64,000 bases of DNA from Camelus dromedarius (lineage: Eukaryota), in contig NC_087452.1 in NCBI RefSeq assembly GCF_036321535.1, forward strand, positions 46,314,001 through 46,378,000, read 5' to 3'. The notes beneath the pieces are model-generated. The model was not told the DNA's origin, did not search any database, and saw nothing but the letters and a program-made list of their open reading frames with translations. Both the position numbers and the translations under genes were made by a program. Of this stretch, positions 48,505 to 61,589 are shown piece by piece; the stretch's first letter is position 1; every line of letters begins with the position of its first letter.

Positions 48505-48830
48505 AGGAGGAGCCTTTCCCACACAAAGCAGTTCTGGTACATCCACTGGCTGTTTTAAAATCCAACTCATTTCTGACACTATCTGGAGATCATGTCAGGT
48601 CCCACAGGTTAAGAGCTCAGTCCTGCACGACTGCCCTCGGCTTCAGATGCCAACTGCAAGTCCAGGTTGTCACCTGTGCTCTGACTGACTGTTGGGTGTA
48701 GATCAGAGGTTCCCATGCCCCCTTCTTTGGGTCCAGTTAATTTGCTAGAGTGGCTCACACATCTCAAAGAATCATTTTATTCACTAGATCACCACTTTAT
48801 TATAAAAAAGATATATTTTTCCTACTATGA
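48505..48830 (-). mobile_element. MER21-like LTR fragment
   Basis: TCTGACACTATC.TGGAGAT..CCCACAGGTTAAG.GCTCAGTCC..CTTCAGATGCCAA..GTTAATTTGCTAGAGTGGCTCAC. Confidence 0.8.
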
Positions 48831-50164
48831 ATGTGCAAATTCTCTACAAGTTTCTTCGTACTCCTTTCTCCTCATTATTGGCACTTCGAGAACGTTCATG
48901 TTAGTCAACAAGAAAGAATGTTCCTCCAGTCCTGGGGTAATAACATTGCTGGATTTCATTCAGGAAATTCTGGAATTGGTTGATCACCCTTACTCCCAGT
49001 TCCCTGTCCAAACATGATGCAATGTGAGACCCTCTGGGTTTTTCGTTTCCCTCTATTTGTTGCCTTTTGGTCTCGTGTCAAGGACTTATTGTCATCAGAA
49101 CAATAATAACAAAACCCCTTTGTTCTTTCATTGGTCTCTTGGGTGGCTTTAGTGGTATTGAATTCAGACGTATATTTGCTGTTTCTTGAAACCATGAATT
49201 CCACATCTCAGTGGGGTCATGACAGCCCTACCGCGTGAGAGATTTCAAATTGTGTGGCGTGTGTTTGAGAGATTTCTATGGAACGAAAGGAATATATGTG
49301 TCAGGAGGAAGGACTGGGGGTGGACGGAACCTACTCATACCTCCAAGGTTATGGAAAACTCCATATGCTTAAAATAGCCTCCCTTTGTGGCAGGTACTGT
49401 TGGCTGCCTACCCTAAATCCATTTCTCTTCTTCCTTTCTGGCAGAATCCCTGATTTTGTTCAGGGCTGCCATGTATGTAGTTAAAAAGAGCCATCTCCTG
49501 GAGCGCCTTTGTGTTACGGAGCTGTTCTGTATCTTGATGGTGGCCATAGTTATATGTGTCTACACAGACAATAAAATGTCACAGAACTATATACACAGAC
49601 ACAGAAGGAAAATGAAAAACGAGTTCATGAAAAAAATCTAGTGAAACCTTCATTGGGTCAGCAGTCTAATTAATTGCAATCTGTCCATGTAAATTTCTTC
49701 ATTCTGATCATGTATCAGTAATGGAAGTTGTTACCTTTGCGGGAGGCAGTGTGATGGCGACAGGGGGCCCCTTGGGATGATTTTTTGCAACTTCTTGTGA
49801 CTATACTTCTTTCCAGATAAAAACTTAAAAAAAATTGATGCTGACCCAGACTTCTCTGAACACAAGGATAACTCTGGGACTCAAGTTTGACCAGTGAGAT
49901 TTAAGAAGAATTGCACAGGTGGTGGTCTTCAGGGTGGCAAGCTGCTGTTGTGAGCCACTGAGATTCTCGAGTTTTTGAGGCCACAGCAAAGCTGACCATG
50001 AGCCTTTGACAAGAAGCGGTCCGTGGAGGACGTTGCAAAAATGCAAAAGCCGTGATCTAAGGAGGAAATTGTGATTAGAACTGGAAACTAGAGTCAGGTG
50101 CTGAAGAATGAGAACCCGGGGCTGATAAATTCTCTAAATCCTGCCAGCCGTTTTCTTTCCTATC

Positions 50165-50365
50165 ATATGACACATAGTGATGCTAAGTCGGGGCTCTGGA
50201 GGCGGGTGTGTGTGTTCTAATCCCAGCTCCTCTGTTTGCAAACTGTATCCCTGGTCAAGTTGCATATTATCTTTTCTAAAATAGGGTAATAAACAGGATT
50301 TAACTATGCATTAGGATACAAGGATGATTAAACGTGTGAATACACAGCACCTCGAACAGTGTTTT
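50165..50365 (+). mobile_element. MIR (degenerate)
   Basis: GGCTCTGGAG..TTCTAATCCCAGCTC..GTCAAGTT..TAAAATAGGGTAATAA. Confidence 0.6.
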
Positions 50366-50613
50366 GTCTCTACTACCCACTCAATATCCAGCTGGTGTCA
50401 GTGAGAGAGGGTCCCCTCCATCCCGCTATGTCACAGTACTCTGCTTTTGGCTGAGACAGTTAAGAAAACTACCAGAGTGGTGAACATAAGCACTGACCCA
50501 TTGGGATGAAGGTTCTAGAAGGAGTTAGGGCAAGACAGATGAAAGTCTGAAAATTGAATCCAATAAGAAACACTTAATTTTTTTTCAGTTCATGTTTATG
50601 CATTAGCCAAACT

Positions 50614-50700
50614 TCTTTTTTTTTAAAATTTTTATTGAAGCATAGTTGATTTACAATGTTAGTTTCAGGTGTACAGCAAAGTGATTCAGTTTACACGTGT
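50614..50700 (-). mobile_element. L1 extreme 3'-end remnant
   Basis: TTTATTGAAGCATAGTTGATTTACAATGTTAGTTTCAGGTGTACAGCAAAGTGATTCAG. Confidence 0.75.
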
Positions 50701-50702
50701 AC

Positions 50703-50789
50703 TTTTTTTTTAATGGAGGTACTGGGAATTAAACCCAGAACCTTGTGCATGCTAAGCATGCACTCTACCACTGGGCTATACCCTCCCCC
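50703..50789 (-). mobile_element. Vic-1-like SINE abutting an L1 3'-end remnant
   Basis: tRNA head match; followed by (TC)n. Confidence 0.88.
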
Positions 50790-50795
50790 TGAGAT

Positions 50796-50819
50796 TCTCT
50801 CTCTCTCTCTCTCTCTCTC
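50796..50819. repeat. (TC)12 microsatellite
   Basis: Direct read. Confidence 0.95.
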
Positions 50820-51423
50820 CTCTCTTCCTATTTCCCTGGGAATTGCCCTGTAAAGAAAAATGTGTTTACCAAAGGCAAAGACAGACTTTAAAATAATTTT
50901 GGTTTTTAGCTGAATTGCTATTATTTTATTGCTGGAACATTTCAGCATCCGTAAAACTGGAGAGAGATATACAGAAGCCCCCATGTGTCCAGCACCTACA
51001 TATAATAATCATTAACTCCTGACCATTCTTGGCTCATCGATGCCCTTTCTTCCCTTGTACCCCGCCCAGATTATTGTCAAGAGAAGCCCAGATGTCATAG
51101 CATTCGGCTGAATAACTTTGAGAAATCGTTTGCAATTAATTTCTTTATAATAAAGGATAGCATGTTTGGACTTAGAGGATTCTCATTATGAGTTACATAG
51201 CATCAGAAAATTATAGCATAATAATTCACTGGTGGGTGGTATATCAGCTTATTAAAATAGAGAGTGTGGGCTGTGATTATGGCCTGGAGCCAAGAGTCTG
51301 CTGTACAAGCTACCGGCTTCTGGGCCCTTCTCTTTGGAGCGCAGGGGCATGAGAGAGATTTGTACCAGTGGTGCTTTGTAAAACCTTAAGAACAAATCAA
51401 GGCAAATTATTTTATATATTTAG

Positions 51424-51429
<6 letters not shown>

Positions 51430-51470
<41 letters not shown>
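51430..51470. repeat. (TA)20 microsatellite
   Basis: Direct read. Confidence 0.97.
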
Positions 51471-51474
<4 letters not shown>

Positions 51475-51749
51475 TTATTTTTTAAATATATGTAGTATAG
51501 CTAATTAAATCCCATGGCTGTTTGAAGACTTCTGGTATAGAATTCCAAGCCAAAGGCTATATCATCACCAAAGAAGGAACGTGAGTAATTTCATATCTGG
51601 GGAGATGAGACCAAGGGAGACTGTTTCATAGAGGAAGCAATTTTGAAATTTAGCTTTTAAAGAAAAAAAATTAGCATTTTGACAGGTGGGCTAGGAGGTG
51701 GGTGGTAAAAGCCTCCCCCCCCCACCAAAAAGAAAGAAATTTAAAAAAG

Positions 51750-51791
51750 AAATTTAAAATTTCTTTTAAATTTAAAAGAAATTTAAAATTT
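51750..51791. repeat. AT-rich palindrome (perfect 28 bp at 51757-51784)
   Basis: AAATTTCTTTTAAA|TTTAAAAGAAATTT; extends to 42 bp with one mismatched pair. Confidence 0.9.
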
Positions 51792-52006
51792 AAAAAAAAT
51801 TTAAATATCCACATGTCTTCACCTAGAAGTGAGTGACAGTTTGGATCCCAATTCTGGAAACTTCCAGCGTTATGTAAGTCCACTCAGTATTCTAGAAAGT
51901 TGTTATCATTGGCTGACATAGCGCATTTTCTGCATACTGATGAAATTTAATGGGCAAATCAAATAATGTAATATTTACATTCATTTGAAATATTCCCATA
52001 AAACTG

Positions 52007-52165
52007 CAGTCAGCAAACTATAGCCCCCAGGCCAGATCTGGCCGATCGCCTGTGTTTGTTAATAAAGTTTAATTGGAACACAGCCACACCCGTTCACGTG
52101 GTGTTCCGGGTATAGCGTTGCATGCTGTGGAGAAAAGACCATCTGGCCTGCAAAGCATAACAGAT
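52007..52165. mobile_element. MER58A-like hAT MITE
   Basis: CAGCAAACTATAGCCC..GGCCAGATCTGGCC..AATAAAGTTTTA.TGGAACACAGCCACACCCGTTC..GACCATCTGGCCTGCAAAG. Confidence 0.8.
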
Positions 52166-52506
52166 TTATGGGGGTCAGGAAAGGAGAGGTGAGGGAGGGG
52201 TTGGGGGTGCCAGATTTAAGTAGGCGCTCATTCCCAGGGCTGCCTATGTGACCCCAAATGAGAGAAAGTGTCCTTAAATTGTGTGCCTTAGAAGCCTCCC
52301 TTGCCTTACCCTAGTCCTGGTGGAGTCTTCACTGTGTGACCCTCTGCAGAAGAGTGTTTTGAATCCTCGTTATACAAATAATGCAGCACACTATATTCTT
52401 TAATTATTTAACAGTTTTCCTGAGATGAAATAAAGTCTGTTCATTCTCCACGAGGCAAGCAAAGGGGAAAGTGATGCTTTTTCACCTTTATTCAGTTATG
52501 GCAATA

Positions 52507-53056
52507 CGTCCCTGAAAGGAACCAGATCGTCCCACCCCAAAATATGCCAATTTGAGGGCCAGTCAGGATTATTTTGCGCTAAAGGCCGCTGAGAGACAGC
52601 AGACTCAGGGAAAGCTCTCAGCCTCCCCCTAATTGCCTAAAAATAGAGTATCAGTTTCCTTTTTTATAAAGGAAATTTCCGTTTCTAAAGGAAATTTTTA
52701 TTTGTAGAGATGTCTGTGTATCAGGAAGAGAGAGGACTCTTATCACCTGAAAGATTCTAATCTGCGTAACAAGACAACCCTTGTTTCTCATACTTTTCTT
52801 CCCTGGCCTTCCCAAACCTTCTTCCCATCCCAGGAAGCCCCCAACCCCTTTTTGTCTGTTTAGTGTAAGATTTTCCATAAGCCTCCATCACCTGGCTGCC
52901 TCCTGGAGCCACATCTTCCTTTGTGAAGTATGGTGCACACATACATAATTAAAACTGTGTTTTCTTTTGTTAATCTGTCTTTTATGAGTTTGATTCGCCG
53001 GCCGCAGACATTGAATCTTGGAAAGTAGAGGAAAAAAGGATTTTTCTTCCCTTACA
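52507..53056 (+). mobile_element. MER34/MER39-like ERV1 solo LTR
   Basis: CCACCCCAAAATATGCC..GGATTATTTTG.GCTAAAGGC..CAGCAGAC.CAGGGAAAGCTCTC.GCCCTCCCCC; ends CCCTTACA. Confidence 0.75.
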
Positions 53057-53759
53057 TCACTACATGGAAGCTCTACCCTTTGTGCAAAGCATGGTGGGGC
53101 TAAGACTGTTGACGGGAGCTTGGGCGATTCCATCAGATAGGATTCATTTGCTAGTCTTTTCCTTTTCTGGTTTATTTCATATGATATAATTTTCTTTTCT
53201 GGATGTTTCCCCAAGTTGTTTGCATTACTATAAACTTCAGGTTTTATGGGCAGGTTCCTTTGCATTTGATGCATTTGATGAGTTAGCGCAGGGCTTGAGT
53301 TCAATAAAGTTACTTCTCATAAAATGGAAAAAATAGAATTTTTAAAAAACAAAATGACAGAATCAGACAAGAGGAGATTGGTCAGAACAAGTGAGAGAGC
53401 AGATGGACTGTGAATGACTCCTGCCCCTTCATCCTCTGCTGATTTTTCACCTACCCCTGTGAGCTACTCTGAAGATGAATCTGCCCCAGGTCCTGGTGCT
53501 TCTAATGGAATATTTTTTCATGAGATCTATTGTCACTTCAGTGACAGTATTCCTTTCAGAGCAAATTGCTTTGGAAGAGCATGTGAGTTTTTATCCATCT
53601 TCCTGGACCTCTTACCATATAAATGATTCCAAGTTACATAGTTTAAGGGCGTCGCATCACTAGCGCTGCAGACTGTGGACAGAACCAGGGACCCAGACAT
53701 AATGAGAATATGTGGTGAGACTTTGACGTTTCTTTTTATAAGAATAAACAGTTACTCGT

Positions 53760-53877
53760 GGGAGAGGGTACAGCTCAGTGGTAGAGTGCATGCTTAGCAT
53801 GTACAAGGTCCTGGGTTCCATCCCAAGTACCTCCATTAACCAAAAATAAATATAGACAAGTAAATAACTGAAAAAAA
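53760..53877 (+). mobile_element. Vic-1-like SINE
   Basis: GGGAGAGGGTACAGCTCAGTGGTAGAGTGCATGCTTAGCATG... with A-rich tail. Confidence 0.88.
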
Positions 53878-54399
53878 GGTAATTCTAAAAAAATATGGCT
53901 CAGTTAAGAAATTAAAATTGCTGGTATATTTTGAAACCTCATGAATAGATATAAAATAGTATAAAATTTAAAAGTTCATTGAGTAAACATTAGAATCTGA
54001 GAAAATAATGTAAGTAGTAGGAAATGCAAGAATTCAGTTGGGATTTTTGGAGCATTCCAGAGTGAAAATTGGTTTTTTTAAGAGCTGCATAAATAAATAA
54101 ACATCAAGGAGAGATAAGTAGAACTATTGTCTTGATGCTCCAGGTAAAGTTAGAGATCATACATTTTTAATGGCTCTAATCAATATGGATTTCTAGAAGT
54201 TACTAGTATTCCACATGCACGGGTGGAAAATTGAATATGTAGCGTTTACCCAAGGTCAAAATTAAAAGCTCAGAAAAGGTGGTAATGTGGTCCTCTGGGA
54301 GAGGAAAGAAGGCAAAGCACAAAGACCCCAAAGGGCGATTGAAAATAATAAAATACTTGGTGGTGTGTGCATTGTCCCCACTCACGGCATATTTTCTGC

Positions 54400-54771
54400 T
54401 CCTCAGAAATCTTGCTCACCAAGGTCCCTAGAAAGCCGAGTTAGAGGGACAAATGTCTGGATACTGTTTACACATTCCACGTGCTGAAGGAAGAAAACCA
54501 CCCTTCGCATTGTCTCCATACTCCATCCAGTGGCACACAATGGGGTGCTCACTGCAGCGTGTAGTCCTTCCTCCAGGGAACGTGGCATAAGTCTCGGCAG
54601 GAGACAGGATATCAGAGTAAATAGGGCATTGTTCCGTCCCATTAGGGCAATTCTCGTGTTCCTGTTGGTTGACAAAAGACCCCAGTGCCAGGAAGTGGGG
54701 TTGATTGTTTCAGGGAGCTCCCATTTTCAAGTTCTCCTCTGTTGTTTCTTCGGAGCGGTTCCTCTGTTACA
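54400..54771 (-). mobile_element. Possible old LTR, family not identified
   Basis: Ends TGTTACA (TGTAACA start on the minus strand); LTR-like composition only. Confidence 0.35.
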
Positions 54772-55497
54772 AACCCATCTGGGAAAAAGGTCTCGATAGC
54801 ACTGCCCCGGGGAGATGGCCTTCTCTTTTCTTTTCCCTCTCCTGTTCACCATCTGTCGTTAGTGACTTCATAGTCCATCTGCTAGGCACTTCCCCCCTCC
54901 TGCCTGTTCCGTCTTTACGACGCTTTCTGCCCAGCCTGTGGGAGGATGTAGCCGTCCCAGCCCGCGGTCCTCAGCGTGGCCCCGTGCGCGCGTGGGGTCT
55001 GTCACAGCCGGGGTCTTGGGGATCCCGCCTTTATCAGCCACGCCCCTCACTCTTCTAGGACCTCATAAGAGACAGAAGTAGAGCCACCGCGGTCTCATCC
55101 ACTCCCTTGTCCTGAACCACCTTCCCTACAGTTGACTCTCACGTCTGTGTCCGTGTGACTGGCTGGAGTTATCTTTTGAGCTTCTCAAATTTAAATGCAA
55201 CTGTTCACATGTATTTTCCATTTGGTTGCCCGCCAAGTATCTCAAGCTCCATATGCTCAGAGATGAATTCATGATCTTCCTCACCACTTAGTTTTTCCTT
55301 CGACCGGTGAATGAAACCAGTACTTGTCCTTTCCCGCAAACAAGAAACCTGGGCTCTCCTGACCCTTCCCTGTCCACGAAGCTGGCCCTGTAAGATGTAG
55401 CTTTCTGATAGCTATTTCCAAATGTCGTGACCTCTAGTGTCCCCTAGAATCACCTTTCTCTTTTCACTCAATAATCAGACGTTTTAAATTACACATT

Positions 55498-56074
55498 GGT
55501 TGCCGAAAGGTCGGCCCCCTGACGAGCCAAATAACTCAGAGACCAGATCTTGGAGCTTGGAAGAAAAGAGGCAGCCTTATTACTTTGCCGGGCAAAGGGG
55601 CTGATAGCAAGCTAGTGCCTTCAAAACTGTGAACCCACTTTGGGGTTGGGGTGGGGTGGTTATATGGCCATAGCTCAAACGATAAAGCATCGGTAACAAT
55701 CAACAGAATCATTTTCTCATCAGAAGACTTAGAATGGAGTCGTGATGCCTCCAGGTGACCAGTTCTGTAGGGGCCAGCGGTTGTCACTTTATCTCAAAGC
55801 ACTCAAGGCGCGGTCTTCTTGGTGTTTAGCCTACTGTGTAAGTTCACAGTTCTGCGCGCTTCTCCCTGGAGATCGACTCAGAGACCAAGCATGATTATAG
55901 CTTTTGATCACCAGAATAAAGTAGAAACAGCAAGAGCAATAGCTTCGGTTTTAGCAATGGGCCTGCAACCGTGAGTAGCAACCCGTCAGTCAGGTCAGTT
56001 GCCCGTTTTAAGGGCGAGCATAAGAATAAGCTCTCTGCTGGCCTAAGTGCGGCCATTTTACTGATCCTCCTTCA
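55498..56074 (-). mobile_element. ERV1-type solo LTR inserted in L2
   Basis: Minus strand TGAAGGAGGATCAG...CATATAA...TTTGCCCGGCAAAGTAATAAG...CTTTCGGCAAC; 3' end related to the 38097 LTR. Confidence 0.7.
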
Positions 56075-56417
56075 CGATCACTTGGGATCAAGACCACATT
56101 TCCCAGACTTGTTTGCAGCTGAGGGAAACCAAGTCACTAAGTTCAGGTAAGTGAAGTAAGCTGTCATCTCACGTGTGACTTCCAGAGAATATTCTTAAAG
56201 GAAGAATTTGCATCGTCGTTTCTTTGTCTTTCCTGGTGCCTGGAATGAAGACATAATGCCTGCATCTTGAGTAATCAACCTGGATCTTGAAGTGTAATCT
56301 ACGTTTTTGAGGATAGAGAGGCAACAGGATAGGGCAGTCTTGGTCAGAGGTGAGTTTGAGAATTTGCCTTACCAGCCTCCAGCCTGGGACTGGGCACAAA
56401 GAGATTCCATTCACATG

Positions 56418-56657
56418 NNNNNNNNNNNNNNNNNNNNNNNNNNNNNNNNNNNNNNNNNNNNNNNNNNNNNNNNNNNNNNNNNNNNNNNNNNNNNNNNNNN
56501 NNNNNNNNNNNNNNNNNNNNNNNNNNNNNNNNNNNNNNNNNNNNNNNNNNNNNNNNNNNNNNNNNNNNNNNNNNNNNNNNNNNNNNNNNNNNNNNNNNNN
56601 NNNNNNNNNNNNNNNNNNNNNNNNNNNNNNNNNNNNNNNNNNNNNNNNNNNNNNNNN
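56418..56657. other. N-gap (240 nt)
   Basis: Run of N. Confidence 1.
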
Positions 56658-56752
56658 ACACTCACACGTCCCAGGACACACATACACCAACTTCCATCTT
56701 GTTCAGGCTACTCTTTGTGATTTTTTCTCTTGCTTTAGTGAATCTCTATCTA

Positions 56753-56753
<1 letters not shown>

Positions 56754-56787
<34 letters not shown>
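56754..56787. repeat. Poly(A)34
   Basis: Direct read. Confidence 0.95.
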
Positions 56788-56791
<4 letters not shown>

Positions 56792-57074
56792 TTCCAAAAG
56801 CCAAATCTTGTCATTTTATTCTTCCCATTACAACCCTCCAGTGATTCTCGTTTGTCTCTGGAATAAAGTCCCAGCTCCCTACTGAAGCATAGCAGGCTGG
56901 TTCATCCCCGCCGTGTCTTCCCTGTTGTGCCCCTGACATCCTCCACCACGAATGGAAACAGTGACAGTTATGGTGGTAATGGCTCCTCTTGGTCTGAATT
57001 TCCTGTCAAATCTCCTGATAAAGAATGCAGGTAAATCTATGTCTCGAGGCATCATCCAGAGAGGAGTTCAAGGC

Positions 57075-57300
57075 TGACATTTACTCAATATTTGTTACTG
57101 TCGAGGGCCAAGATCTCTCCATAGATGAGCTCATTTAATCCTCAAAACAAATTTGTAAAATAGTACTATTATCTTGACTCTGTAGAAAGAGAGGCTGAGG
57201 CACAGAGAGACTCAAGTTGATCATCCCAGTGTTGCCAATGAATATGTAAGACTAGGGCCAGGGTTTAACTCGGAGCAGTCTGACGCCAGACCCTGTGTAA
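57075..57300 (-). mobile_element. MIR
   Basis: CTCATTTAATCCTCA..GAGGCTGAGGCACAGAGAG..CAGTCTGACGCCAGA. Confidence 0.75.
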
Positions 57301-58574
57301 CTACGACATCACTTACCAGTGCCGTGGAAGGCTAACTCTAGTAGCCCCCTAGATTTTTCAGGGCTCCGTCTTTCCTTCCCATATCTGTTAGCAGAAGCAG
57401 GGGTCTGTGCTGTGTCCACCTTTCTCAAGATCACTTCAGTGAAAGTTGGGGTGGGGGACTGTTTCATGAGTCCTTCATTAACTAAGTCATTCGAATTATG
57501 AGCTCATTTCTGGCTGCCTTGGATACTTTATACAGTTCTAGGAAACATCCAGCCCTAATTATAATGTACTCTTACAGTTAAAACTACGACGAAATGCAAA
57601 CTCACCTGTGCTTTATTAACCCCAGCTTCTAAATATTCTCGTTTTAAGTTTTACTTTCCCAAGGTGAACGAAATCAAGGCAGCAGACACGTACGTATTAG
57701 AGATTTCCTCACCCCGAAGCAAAGGGCAACGCATGCATTTCAACTGGGTGAAAAGAGGGGATCTGCTCTGTGGAAAAGCTCAGAGAACTACAAGTGTTTT
57801 AATCAAATCTTTGGTTTCTGGATCCTCGGTATTATTTTAATGCCCCCACATGCGCAGGCAAACAAGATTAGGGGCAAAGGAAAGAGAATTAAAATTGAAG
57901 GACATTTTCTAAATTCCTTCCTCAGTAATTCTTTGGAAATGCGCAAGGCCTGTTATTTTCTACGTCCACTAATGTGCCAAGTCCCAGAATGTTGTTAGAC
58001 CAGTTCTTGGTGTCAACAGTTGAAGTCCCGTCCAGTGAATTGGTTACAGCATTACTAGAATAACTTCGCAGAGTTTTCTGTGCAGAAACACTTAGTATGT
58101 ACTGGCTGGGGGTACTTCTTTGCTGTTAAGATATTTCATTGATGTATTGGTTTGTCCAATGTCCACTTGTTAATAATTGGAATACATTAGATTATTCATA
58201 CCCAGCCTTTCTCCAGAAAGGATTTAAAGCTGCTTACTAAGGTACATATGAAATAGCAAATAAATGAGGAAAATGAGTCAGGAAAACCCAGCAGAAGCAG
58301 AGATGAGTCAGTACACAAAAATCACACTGTGAAGTCATGCATATTTGCTAGAGGTGTGCCTAAAACTTGATTTTAAGTTTCTGCTAGCCAACAAAGGGAA
58401 GGAAACGTTATAGGTGGGTGGGTCACACTATTTATAATGTTAAAACTATCTGGTTGCTCAAGAGATGAGCAATTCCATCTGATTTTGCAATCGTAATTTT
58501 CTCCCCAGGGTCTTTACAGAGAGGACCTCGTGTAATGTCATGTCATAAACAACAAGTCAACAGTAAACGCAGAC

Positions 58575-59015
58575 CTAGTCGTACAGATCATTTTAAAGCA
58601 TTCAACCGAGCGACATTTAGTGCCTTTATGGTGTTGTGAAACCACCACCTTTATCTAGTTCTGAGTCATTTGCATCACCCAGAAAGGAAATCCTGTGCCC
58701 ATTAAGCAGTCACTTCCTTTGCCCCTCCTCCCAGCCTCTGGCAGCTGCCAATCTGCTCTCTGTCTCTAGGCATTCACCTACTTTGGATGTTTCATGTAAA
58801 TATAATCATAAGTGACTTCTTCCACTTAGCGTGATGTTTTCAAAGTTCAGCTGCGTTGCAGCATGCATTATGCATTATGCCTTATGGCTAATAACATCCC
58901 ATCATATGGATGTACCACATTTACTTCTCTATTCATTGGCTGATGGGCACATGGAGTTTTTACCTCTTGGTTATTGTGGCTAGTGCTGTTAGGAACATGT
59001 GTGTACAAGTTTTAT
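58575..59015 (-). mobile_element. Old L1 (L1MB-like) 3' fragment
   Basis: CACCACC..TATCTAGTT..CATCACCCCAGAAAGGAAATCCTGTGCCCATTAAGCAGTCACT motif series. Confidence 0.75.
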
Positions 59016-59359
59016 TTTTCTTGAAAACACTAGCTCGACAAAAATGATATGTATTTTATAAATTAATCCCTGCTGGTGTTGAGCTTGCTCCCTATGCTTC
59101 CCAGAGTTTAGTTATTTTTCTCAACAGTTCTACCCAAGTCCCCTGTGTCATCACCATTCAGTACATGCCTCCCTCCCCTCACTCCCAACCCCCAATAAGA
59201 CACCTGGGAGGCAGCTTAAACTATTGTTCATTCTACATCAACATGGTGACAAAGTCTAGATAATCCTACCTCCTTACAACTTTTTAGTTCCTTCCCCAGG
59301 TTTGTCCCTCCCTATTAAAGAGGTTAGCTTCAGGGTCAGTGGCATCATCAGAGCTTCAC

Positions 59360-59762
59360 ATCCATCCATGTAGATGGAAATGGCATTGCCATAGTCTTTT
59401 TTATGGCTGAGTAGTATTCCACTGTGTAAAATACCACAACTTCTTTATCCAGTCATCTGTCAATGGACATTAAGTTTGCTTCTATGTCTTGGCTATTGTA
59501 CATAGTGCTGCTGTGAACACTGGGGTGCATGTCTTTTTGAATTAGAGTTCCCTCCGGATATATCACGTCCAGGAGTGGGATGGCTATATCATAGGGTAAT
59601 TTTATTTTTAGGTTTTTAAGGAATCTCCATACTGTTCTTCATAGTGGCTGCACCAATTTACATTCCCACCAACAGTGTAGGAAGGTTCCCTTTTCTCCAC
59701 ACGCTCTGCAGCAGTTATCATTTGTGGACTTTTTAATGATGGCCATTCTGACAGGTGTGAGG
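59360..59762 (-). mobile_element. L1 ORF2-end/3'UTR fragment
   Basis: Homologous to the L1 at 45.6-45.8 kb (GGCTGAGTAGTATTCC, CCCACCAACAGTGTAGGAAGGTTCCCTTTTCTCCAC). Confidence 0.85.
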
Positions 59763-61231
59763 GTCCTACTCGTCTTATTCATTGTTTTATTCTAGCACCA
59801 AGTGTAGAACCTTGTAATCACTTAGTATGAAGGAAGCGAGGGAGGGAGGGGCTGAGGGTGCCCATCAATTTGTTAAAAACATTTATATTGCAAATTACGT
59901 GCACTCCTAATATATAAATAAATGATGTCTACCCACCAATCAACCAACATTTTTTTGTTCAAAACATTTATTTAATCATATTCTACCAAAATTAAACTAT
60001 GTTTTAAGCAATCCTTGATAAAAAGTGGTGCAGATCTTGTAAGATCTGTGCTTTTAGCCCAGGGGATCTCTCCCTCTGGAGCCTCTGCTTCCAAAGGGGC
60101 TCCTAAGAGCAGAACTTGATGAGCAAGATGTGGGACCCGTCTGGAATCCACAGAACCCTGGCCAGCCCTACTCCCAGGGTCTGTGTCTGCTTTAATCCAG
60201 CAACGTTAACTCACCAGCGCGTGGGACCCGACATCCACGCTCTGCACGGGATGGCAGGTGCTGGAGGCAAAGCAGAGCACCGACTTTTCACATTTGAGAT
60301 GCATTTTAAGTAAAAGGTCTGTTCTGGAAGCCCCACCAGGAAGCCTCCGCCAGACCACAGAAAATTTCCATCCAGGGATCTCTCTTCTGGTGAGTCTCAC
60401 CACCCTGCAGGAAGTGGTTATGCTCATGTCTTCCCAGCTGCGTGTCAGTGGTGGGAGGTCAGTGGATTGAAATCGGCCCAGGTAAGAGTATTTATAGCAC
60501 AGACACTGCACATGCCTCGGGGCTCTGTTTCTCTTCTAATGGTGCAGCATCCTCCGCTTCCTGCCCCACTCCGCCCCCTCACTCCCCTCCCCAGTCCACG
60601 CTGGAAGAGCCGCGGTCCAAATGAAACACTTGCAAGAAACACAGAGAACTTGTGTGTCCACAGAAAGATTTATTTGTTCCTTTACCTTAAAACAGGAAGT
60701 TCCTCTGCAGTGTTTTTGAGATGGAAGTGCTGAAAGGCCGCATCCTCTTGGCTGCTCACTTTAGGTTGATGTGGCCATTGTTTGCTAAGAAGGTGTTGAA
60801 ATCTTCCTAGAACAGAGTCTATTAAAACTGACCATGAAAAAAATCCCCCTTAGTGGACTGCCGTTACAAGTAAACTCTCACACACGCAAACACACACACC
60901 CACCAGAAAAGCAGATCTTTAAAACCCCTTCCCTCTCTTTGAATTGCCTGAAACCACTCAAATGGGGCACATTTGTTTGTTTGTTTGTTTTGGACTTTTA
61001 AAACTTAATACTGGAAAGTAGCATTTTCCCTGCATTTCTGTAGATCTTTTGTCCTGAGTTTTCAAATAACTGATCAATACAACTTTATGCAGATGGGCCA
61101 TAATTCACTTTACCAAGTCCATTTTTGGTCACTTAGAAGCCTTCCAGGTATTCTGTTTCCTTTTGCTAACATAGATAACGCAGCAATGAACATCTCTGTG
61201 CATGCAACTTGTTCATTGTGCTTCCGTGTTA

Positions 61232-61371
61232 TTTTTCTTGGCGGGGGTGGGGGTGGTAATTGGGTTTATTTATTATCATTGTTTTAAAGGAGGCACTGGG
61301 GATTGAACTGGGGACCTCATGCATGCTAAGCACGTGCTCTACCACTGAGCACTTGAGCTATACTCTCCCCC
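61232..61371 (-). mobile_element. Vic-1-like SINE with small internal duplication (cactgag/cacttgag)
   Basis: Consensus match. Confidence 0.85.
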
Positions 61372-61589
61372 TGGGGAAAGGTTTGAAATTAAGAAAATAA
61401 GGACTTCAAGTCCCAGCAGCCGTGGTTTGAAGCATTTGATGATTGTTTTAGGCACTCTGTCTGGAGTAGTGTCATTTAGAAGGGGTTTTATTACGATGCT
61501 AATGAGGCTTAAATGTCACGACCCTGTGTTTTCACAAGACCTATCCCAAACTGCAGGGTGTTCTGGTACTCAGATGTCTTTTTTTAAAA

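Larger units (their letters stand above)
55080..56950 (+). mobile_element. Fragmented L2 interrupted by an LTR and an N-gap
   Basis: TATCTCAAGCTCCATATGCTCAGAGATGAATTCATGATCTTCC; later AAAACCCTCCAGTG-like / GAATAAAGTCCCAGCTCC. Confidence 0.5.
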
